DNA of 63,295 bases, counting the filler, from Kipferlia bialata (Eukaryota): assembly GCA_003568945.1 (NCBI GenBank). It is 8 parts of 7 records of this genome, joined end to end, with 100 filler letters (N's around TTAATTAATTAA, not from the genome) between each part and the next. Parts side by side here need not be neighbours in the genome. Positions count along the whole stretch, not along the records: positions 54,308 to 59,437 come from BDIP01000858.1; positions 59,538 to 63,295 come from BDIP01000870.1; 6 more parts are not named here. The stretch is one strand, 5' to 3'. A program made the translations under genes and the position numbers. Below the pieces are notes generated by a model. That model saw nothing but the letters and a program-made list of their open reading frames with translations. It did not search any database and was not told the DNA's origin. This document shows positions 54,678 through 63,295 of this stretch, one piece after another. The number at the start of each line of letters is the position of its first letter. Position 1 is the first letter of the stretch.

Positions 54678-56738
54678 CCCTGTAGGTCCTGCAGCATTGT
54701 GCCGAGGTCTGTGACATAGATCATGGGTCTGGCCTTGTACCACGCCCTGATGTATTAGTAAAGGCATAAAACAGGCCATTCAAAGGTATAATAAGGTACT
54801 GGTACTCATTACAATCATGGGGCTGGCCTTGTACCTACTGTTAGAATACATATACATATACTGTATATATACCTTATCCTGTCTGCCCTTGTCTTGGCAC
54901 TTGGGTTGGTGGCACTGGCATACTATAATATATATACTATATATATGTATATCTAATATATACACTATATATACCTTATTCTGTCTGCCCTTGTCTTGGC
55001 ACTTGGGTTGGTGGCACTGCATAGAGCCATCACCTTGATCTGACTCACCCACTTGCCTAGGGGTTGAGTATAATATCACATAGAGAGAGTTAAACAGCAG
55101 ACTACAAATCTATATATATATGTACAGTAGATAGAGCCATCACCTTGATCTGACTCACCCACTTGCCTAGGGGTGATTGTATACACAGTAATTCCAATAC
55201 TGTACGTTTCCAAGTAAATGACACATAACTATACACGCTGAGTCTGCTCATAAATATATATGAATGTGCATGTATTTATGTATATACCTAGCTCTGCCAC
55301 TGTGGTGTCTATGTCAGTGACATTCAATACAAATATATGTATTCATGCATATATGTATGAATACATACCTAGCTCTGCCACTGTGGCGTCTGATGCATCC
55401 AATACACATTTATATAAACGTACTTATATATGTATATATATAAAGAGAGAGAAAGAGAGACAATTACCTAGCTCTGCCACTGTGGCGTCAATGTCTGATG
55501 CATCCCTCACCACAACAAGGTGGGGACCCCACTCAACCTGGGGTGAGGTATCATATAATATATACAATAATAATAGATACAATATATACAAGGTGTATTA
55601 TGCTTGGATGCCACCACGGCCAGATAGTATGTCAGATCATAATATATAATGGAGAATACATATATATAGTGTATATACAATACATACATGCTTGGATGCC
55701 ACCACGGCCAGGTACGAGTATGCCAGCATGTGCTTCTGGGACTCAATGTCACCTGGGATGAGATACTATATATATGTATTTATATATATACATATGTACA
55801 CATACCCTGAATCACTACTGCCGATGCCTTGACCCCCTCGAGGTCCTCTCTCTCTCCCTGGGAGGGGGACAGAAGCACATCGATCCTGAGGTGAGAATCT
55901 ACGGGAAACAAACATTCACATGTATATGTCTATGAATATGTTAGTATACAAATATGTATTCACGTAAATACATACCTTGCCAGCTGGTTCATCTGCAGGG
56001 GGGACATGTTCACATATAAACACAATAGTTAGTTACGCAATAATATAATATGTATATTATATATAAATAAAGTATGTATATTATATATAAATATATGCAT
56101 ATATTTACATATATTGATATATGTATATACCTAGCCAGCTGGTTCATCTGCAGGGGGGACATGTTCACGTCCTTGTGGATCATCCAGGGCCTGAGGGTAA
56201 TAATGAGTATATCATTATATGATACTAATCTATTATGATATGTATGAGTGCATCAATATCATTCACGTCCTTGTGGATCAGCCAGGGTCTGGAGGAGTGA
56301 GGGTAATGACAGATGCGAATTGATATTATACGGCGTGTGTGTGCACCGTAGCCAGTATTTCCATCGCCATACCTGTCCAGCTGGGGCAGTGCTGCAGCAG
56401 CACCCTTGGGTGCCTCAACAGACTGGGCTTGACCTGCTGGGACTTGACCTGCTGGTACCTCTGGAGTGCCAGATGTAGGGGCTAGGGGATCCTCAACCTA
56501 CAGTGTCAGCATTTACTTACAATAATTACATATGATAAATGATAAAATCAATACAAAGAACAATAATGTTACTGTTTCCCAAGAATAATCTCATATATCT
56601 TATGCTGAGTGTAGATAGACAATTTGTCTCCTTTACCTTTGCTGAGAATATTGCATCGTGCAGTGCCTGGGTGGTGGCCATCCTCTGCTGGACATGGCTA
56701 AGGGGTGAGGCATGTATAGAGATTTAGATATGTCACAT

Positions 56739-56769
<31 letters not shown>

Positions 56770-59321
56770 CTTTATGGGTGACTATATAGTGTATCATATA
56801 TATGATATATACCATGTGCTGATGCACACATTCTATTCCCACCTTAAGAACCTCAGGACTGACGACACCTGATGGGATGTCTGCAGGGACAGTGACAGAG
56901 AGAGGGGCAGGTCCACAGTAAAAGGGGTGTGGCAGAGAGAGAGCGAGGAGGTCACGGGCTGCCTGGGTAGTGGGGCCACAGTCCCAAGGTCATCAGTGGA
57001 AGTAGAGACAATGGACTTGAGGGACTTGCTACTAGAAGCACCCCCAGAGTCAATGAGGGTCAAGCTGTTGACGTCCCTTGACTTTAGGGACTTCTGGGAC
57101 TTTTGGGACTTCTGGGCCTTCTTGTCCATGGGTAGGTCTGGTGTTCTGCGGCCACTGGGCTCCTTCTTGACCTGCATTAGGGGTGCAGTGACAGAAAATG
57201 TATGGATATTTATCACGATTGTTGTAAACACAAGCCGATACCGGCGCTGCTACTATCTTGGGCATCACAATAGATACTTCTAATCACACATATGTATGTA
57301 TACATTATTATAAATATGCATACGAATATACGTATATATATAATACTGTATACCTCCGCTGCCACCTTCTTGGGCCTTCTAATGGTGAGCATATTGACTG
57401 TGCCCAGTGTCTTATATATATATATGTGTGTATATACACATATGTATACTAATTCATGTACTAATATATAGGAATGTATATATATAACACTGTATACCTC
57501 CGCTGCCACCTTCTTGGGCCTTCTAATGGTGAGCACATTGACTGTCCCGAGTGTCTTGGGGTCATCCCTCACAGTCAGGGTCACCCTGCCACTCCCAATG
57601 TCACTCTGGGGCTCTGTGTCTCTCTCCGCATCTCCCTCTATCTCGCAGGATTGTACTGCCTTGGTACTGGGTACTGTCTCAGAAGCGGTGTAGGCGTCGA
57701 GGCGCATGTTGGCCATACTCTGACGCAGTTCCCTATGGGTCAGTTTATGTTTTACAAGTATTACTAAGGAATATATAATGATAATATCCCAGGGGATATT
57801 GATAAATACATAGGCACCTACTGGTAAACACAGACATATATATATACATTTGGAACAAAATATATACTAATACACATTAATATCCATACCTAAATCCCAG
57901 GTTGAGGTCACAGTCACTGAAGTGGTAGGACCGTGGCTTCTCTACATCTACCTCTCCGTCCTTAGTCTCTCCCTCTTCCTCTCCCTCTGCCTCTACCTCC
58001 TTAGTCTCCCCATCCAGCAGTGATATCAGGTTGTCGACTCGGCTGTCAAAGGCAGAGCGGAAGGCCTTGGTGTTAATTACACAGCAACCAATGAATAGTT
58101 AGTATATATTATTAGTTAGTATATATATATATAAATATTATATAGGAAATACAAATGAGAATTTCAGGTTGTCCACTCGGCTGTCAAAGGCAGAGCGGAA
58201 GGCCTACGGGAAAGAAAATACTATACAATACACTATGCACATACATACAGAACTTGAGTCGTCTCCCCCTGATGATCGTGAATGCAGGCTCTAAATACCT
58301 AATATATACATATATCTATTTACTATATATACATATATAAACCTGGAGTCTCCTGCCCCTAATAATAGTATATATATATATATACATATATACATACCTT
58401 GAGTCTCCTGCCCCTGATGATGGTGACAGCAGGCTCCAGAGAGCGCTGCACCACCTGTCTCCAGTACTCCTTGACAGCGGCAGAAACAAGGAGGGCCTGA
58501 TATAAGGGTGTAGAGGGAGAGACAGAGAGAGAGAGAAAGAACAAGTATGAAATAAGGGGCAGGTACTCCTTGACGGCAGAAACAAGGGCCTGTAGATTAA
58601 GAGAGAGAGAGATAACACAACTAGACAGCAAAAGAAAGGGCTAGAGAGAGGGAGGAGTATACAAACCTGCTTTGGTGCCTGTATGGCATCGAATGTGGTG
58701 GCAGCAGACCTCCGGATGTTCTTGAGGCGGTACTCCCTATGGGTAAGATAACGCATTGTATTATACATTATATATTCAGTATCTGTATCAATATTTGTAC
58801 TCTACAAAAGAATACTCTTGTAGTATATGGGAAATCCTTATGTTCTTGAGTCGGTACTCCCTGGGGTTATGTGATGTTTACACTATATATATATAGTATA
58901 TATTACTATACCTTGCTGCCTCTACTGCCAGACTGTGCATCACTGCCCTCTTCCACCTCTCCTGCATATATATATATATATATATGTATGTATATATATG
59001 CACTTGGGGGTATATCCTCTATACTATTTACACATAGAATATATAACTATACCTCGCTGCTTCTACAGCTAAGCCGTGCATCACTGCCCTCTTCCACCTC
59101 TCCTGCTCGGCAATGTCAACCTGAAGCCACGTGGCCTAGAGGTTAGAAGGATAGCAATAATATATGTACATAATAACATGTATATAGTACATAGAGAACA
59201 TCAGTATAGTATAGAGTACAATACCTGCTGCAACATGGCCCTCCATGGTGTGGGTAGGACAGGGGGGTTCTCATCTCTGGCTGGGATCTTGCGCTGCTTC
59301 AGGGTAGCCTTGAGCCCAGAC
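54678..59321 (-). CDS. Hypothetical multi-exon protein, partial at both ends
   Basis: Exons such as SGLKATLKQRKIPARDENPPVLPTPWRAMLQQ, EYRLKNIRRSAATTFDAIQAPKQ, ALLVSAAVKEYWRQVVQRSLEP, VEWGPHLVVVRDASDIDATVAEL/GKWVSQIKVMALCSATNPSAK/RAWYKARPMIYVTDLGTMLQDLQ; no family recognised. Confidence 0.7.
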
Positions 59322-59437
59322 CTAAAGGGTGAGACAGTGAATACAACAGAGTAAAGACAGAGAGTGGAACAAGAGGAGTGAGGGAAGGGTGCGTGTGTGT
59401 GGGGGGGGGGGGGGGGGGGGCACAAAACACAAGGAGA

Positions 59438-59537
59438 NNNNNNNNNNNNNNNNNNNNNNNNNNNNNNNNNNNNNNNNNNNNTTAATTAATTAANNNNNNN
59501 NNNNNNNNNNNNNNNNNNNNNNNNNNNNNNNNNNNNN
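59438..59537. other. Artificial contig-joining linker
   Basis: N44-TTAATTAATTAA-N44. Confidence 0.97.
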
Positions 59538-59593
<56 letters not shown>

Positions 59594-59645
59594 GGTGGGA
59601 CAGAGGCCTCGACATCAGGGGAAGACCTAAGGATGAGTAAACCTA

Positions 59646-59679
<34 letters not shown>

Positions 59680-60816
59680 GGGAGAGAGACAGAGAGAGAG
59701 AGGATGATGTCTCGACATGGGTTTATTTATCAGGGGCATGCCTAGGAGTGAGTGTACATAGAGGGAGAGAGGCAGAGACAGATAGTGACCAGAACTCAAA
59801 TGACAAAGACGTATTACCACACTATACAGTTTACATATCCCTCAAGTGACGAAGAATCAGTACTAGTGTCAATATATGAGTAAGAACGGCCATGTATCAG
59901 TAGGTGTCAGTCTTACACAGAGTGGAGGTTGGTGAACGTACCACAGAGCATCTCTCACAAGAGCCAGACATGCACCGTAAGTATAGCAGCATCTACTCTA
60001 ATACTAGCATACTAGTATACGATGATGTCAAATAGGTATCAGAGTATACCATAGAGCATCTCTCACAAGAGCCAGACATGCACCGAGAACACTCACACCC
60101 ATTGTGCCTCTGTCTCTTTCTGGTTAATGCGTACAGTGATGCTATTGGGGTGCTGTCTCTCTCCCTCTATCCCTCTCTCTGACCCTGGAGACACTGACCA
60201 CCAGGCAGACAGCTCTACTAGGTTGCGCCGTATATGATACTCTTGTGACATTTATGTGATAAGAGATGGCATCATAGTGAAATGGTCGAATTGCGTGTTA
60301 TCTTTGAGGGTATCTATGCAAATTACATAATGTAATTGACATGTCCCGAATAGAATCCTCGCCTATTACTACCAGTACCAAGAGGACAGAGACGCCTGTC
60401 AACATCAAATGCTCCAACTGTGCTGTTTGAAGGTATCTATGTTGGCGACATGTCACAATCTACCCTCATGTATTACATACTAATTCACAGTACCAACTTG
60501 AGAGACGACTGACAATCTTACCCAGTCACTCAGACCAAATGACAAACTATATGTCCTTACGGTCTAAAATAGTGAGCGCCTCCTTCTTTTCCCTCCCACA
60601 CTCTGAGTCCTTATCATGGATAGCACATGATAATAAGTGTTACAACATACTCATATGATACATAATCTCTAGGTGTGACAGGGTATTGTACCAAGGCGAG
60701 GTGAGGTGTGGGGCCCATCATGACTAGAGGTCTAATGTATATATCTATTTCCGAGAATCCATGGTGTTCTTTGGTGCAGGTAACACATGGTCACTAGGTG
60801 TGATAGGATCAGGTAC

Positions 60817-62023
60817 CAGAGTAAGGTGAGGGGGTATCATGGCATCGGGATCTGGCCTTCAATGAGTGGTGTGAGTTTGTATTGAATATAGCCACATGAG
60901 TGTGTGTGTATATGGAGACTTCAAGTATATGAATGTATATATACCATGGCATCGAGTCTGGCCTAAGGGAAGAGTTTGAGAAGTATATGAAATATAAGGA
61001 GTATACAACAAATATGAAGAGAGCCACAAGGGGAAAGGGAAGTATGAGAATAAGTGTATGTCACGTAGGGTGTGGGGGTACCATAGCATCGGGGTCTGGC
61101 CTAAGGGAAGAGATTCAAATGATTTGACACACACATATATATATGTATATACACATATATGTTAGATAAGGCGTATGACATGTATGTATAGAGTGTGGGG
61201 GTACCATGGCCCTGGGGAATGGCCTTATGTGTGAGTGTGACTAGTGTAGGGAGTACAAGTAGTATAGGACATACATGAAGAGACAGAAGTGGAATGGGCA
61301 ACTGGCCTTGTGTGTGAGTGTGAGAAGTGGAAGGGGCAGGAATGGGTATAAGAAGAACAATGACAGGTAGGGAGTTAAAGAGAGGGAGAGAGAGAGAGAA
61401 AGAGAGAGAGAGACAGTGCAGGTCACGGGGGTGGGAGGTATTGGTAATTTGGCCTGCAGATGGAGATCGGGTATGTGTAGATAGAATGAGAGGTTTCCTA
61501 TAGAACATAGAATGACACAGAAGAGAGACACAGTGGCATTATGGCGACAGCCAAGGATTATCAATAGTGTTAGGGTAGCTGACTGAGAGGGTGAGCATGC
61601 CTTCACCTTATAATCTAGTCATATTGCCATTCAGTTATATATGTGTTTGTATGTCCCGCCCTCCCCACACACCGTGCAGTGCTATATAGTAGTGGAAAGG
61701 GTGGTATCCAGTTATATATATATTGGGGTGTATCTGGCATACGAATGAACATGGGTATATATATATATACATATACACCTGCTGTATGTACCGCCCTCCC
61801 CACACACTGTGCAGTGCCAGGCACCTGTACCCCCGACAGCACATCCTGAACTGATATACCCCTGGGTGGTCAGGTTACAGTGACAGGTGCCCTACACAAC
61901 AGTGAATAGTACATTGGACTGTAGCGAACTGATACCTGGTGGCATCCCCCTTCACATAGCCTCACTGGAAATGGAGCGGGAGTGGGTGAATGAGAGGGAG
62001 GGGGATCGGGGGGTGCACTCATT
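60817..62023 (-). CDS. N-terminal exons of a hypothetical Cys/Gly-rich protein (probably continues toward 59590)
   Basis: MSAPPDPPPSHSPTPAPFPVRLCEGGCHQ/GYISSGCAVGGTGAWHCTVCGEGGTYSR/PDPDAMIPPHLTL; frame supported by synonymous differences in intronic copies; downstream exons unresolved. Confidence 0.45.
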
Positions 62024-62213
62024 AGCTAGAGTCCCCTGTTTAGCTGAGAAGATAGGTGAACAGAGTGCAGCGAGTAGTCACACAAAAGGGTACAAGAAGA
62101 GTTTTTGGGTATCGATTAAAAGACGACTTGTATCAAGAAATTCACGTACCCATCCAGCCAAATAGGCTGTTTTCAAGAGTTTCTGGGCCTCCTGGACTCT
62201 AACTTGGACTAAG

Positions 62214-63042
62214 ATGGCTAAGAAAGGTACTTTTGTGATGAATTGGGTAGTTTTTGGGAGGATTTGTGCAGTTGCCGGATGTTGGAGTTGCATTGCTGTA
62301 ATTTGCTTGCATTCTGGTGTCTGTAGGCTCTGTAGTAGTGTAAGGAGTCCCTTTGTTGTTGCTGCAGTGCTAACCTGCAGGAAAGAAGGGTAAGAAGGGC
62401 AAGAAGGGCAAGAAGGGCAAGGAGAAGGCTGCCGAGGGAGGCGAGCTGACCATTGAGGACAAGTTCCAGCGTGCCACCCTTCGGATAGAGTCACTGGAGA
62501 GGGCACTGGTGGCCAAGAGTGAGGAGACATCAAGGTAGGGCGTCTACTGTGGTATATACTCAGTTTGGTTGGAGGGGTGCTGAAGGTGACTGTTTGTGTG
62601 TAATTTTGATATCTTGTCTATTAAAGGAAGGGGGGTCTGTTGCTATGCATACATAGCCACTCTTTTAGTAAGTGACATTTATAGTTGTGGTATGGTGGAC
62701 TCGCATGCTGTCGGAATATCCGCCCCCCCCCCCCCCTTCCCCTCCTCTTCCTCTCTTACTCGTCTCTTACAATGACTCACACAAACACTTTGATGCTTCT
62801 TATGCACAGTAGCTCAGGCAACGGTCTCTGCTATCTGACTTATGAGCTATACCGACAGTCGAACCAGCGTCTCTGTTTCTCTACCCCCCCCCCCCAACTG
62901 CAATAGTCTTACCCTCAGGGCAGTAGCCGAGGTCGGTGTTCTGCACCAGCAGCTGAAGAGATACAGAGATGACCTGGACAGGGAGAGGGCAGACAGATTC
63001 GACATCACATCAGACATGACCAGGCAGTTCAAGGCTATGCAG
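62214..63042 (+). CDS. CCDC153: CCDC153/DRC12-like flagellar coiled-coil protein, 3' partial
   Basis: MAKK/GKKGKKGKKGKKGKEKAAEGGELTIEDKFQRATLRIESLERALVAKSEETSR/AVAEVGVLHQQLKRYRDDLDRERADRFDITSDMTRQFKAMQ: basic N-terminus and the DMTRQ(Y/F)K.MQ motif. Confidence 0.75.
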
Positions 63043-63295
63043 GTGAGATAGATTATACATACATAGTGTTAGGTATATTTAGAGTAGTACTATCAATATA
63101 TATGAGTACTCTCATCCGACATGACCAGGCAGTTCAAGGCTATGCAGGTTAGACAGATTATACATATTTAAAGTGTTAGAGTTACCTAGCGTACTATCAA
63201 TATATATGAATACTCTCATCAGACATGACCAGGCAGTTCAAGGCTATGCAGGTTAGACACTAGCCCCCCCCCCCCCCCCCCCCTCACCACTACCA

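Noticed and set aside
14165..59537. Recurrent TTAATTAATTAA palindrome flanked by N runs (seven times)
   Set aside because: Fixed 100-nt format with six-frame stops; an artificial joiner, not biology. Gene clustering across linkers (e.g. GT8-MTase next to the phosphoesterase) is therefore not interpretable.
61936..61964. TGA GGC TAT (U-G-Y) after a CAG, suggesting a SelW-like selenoprotein exon
   Set aside because: No upstream CxxU exon or Rdx similarity; synonymous differences in the intronic copy support another frame with no TGA.
1..63295. Most six-frame ORFs (YIYIYI, SLSLSL, ERERER-rich)
   Set aside because: Products of intronic microsatellites or antisense to real exons.
1..63295. Alternative genetic code (stop reassignment as in hexamitid diplomonads)
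   Set aside because: Reconstructed exons need no in-frame TAA/TAG, and genes end in TAG, TAA or TGA normally.

Overview
Eukaryotic, very intron-rich genomic DNA with GT-AG introns, a branch point set close to the acceptor (CTAAC/CTCAC/CTTAC/CTGAC-N2-6-AG), abundant (TA)n/(CT)n microsatellites and (GA)n-encoded ERERER runs in exons. The style resembles the fornicate protist Kipferlia bialata (inference only). The window is eight contigs joined by artificial N44-TTAATTAATTAA-N44 linkers, so neighbourhoods across linkers mean nothing. By hand-splicing I recover about 14 whole or partial genes: a possible gamma-tubulin complex component, a metallophosphoesterase, a DUF975 protein, an SLC35F5/Thi74-type transporter, a kelch protein, an LRR protein, a type-I membrane protein, CCDC153/DRC12 and several hypothetical proteins. 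Two things stand out. (1) Introns are filled with tandem, truncated copies of the neighbouring exon edge plus its splice site, and these copies differ from the true exon mostly at synonymous positions. (2) One continuous spliced frame joins a P13-like GT8 glycosyltransferase to a VP39-like cap 2'-O-methyltransferase with an RS/RD tail. Exon boundaries are manual and unverified by transcripts.
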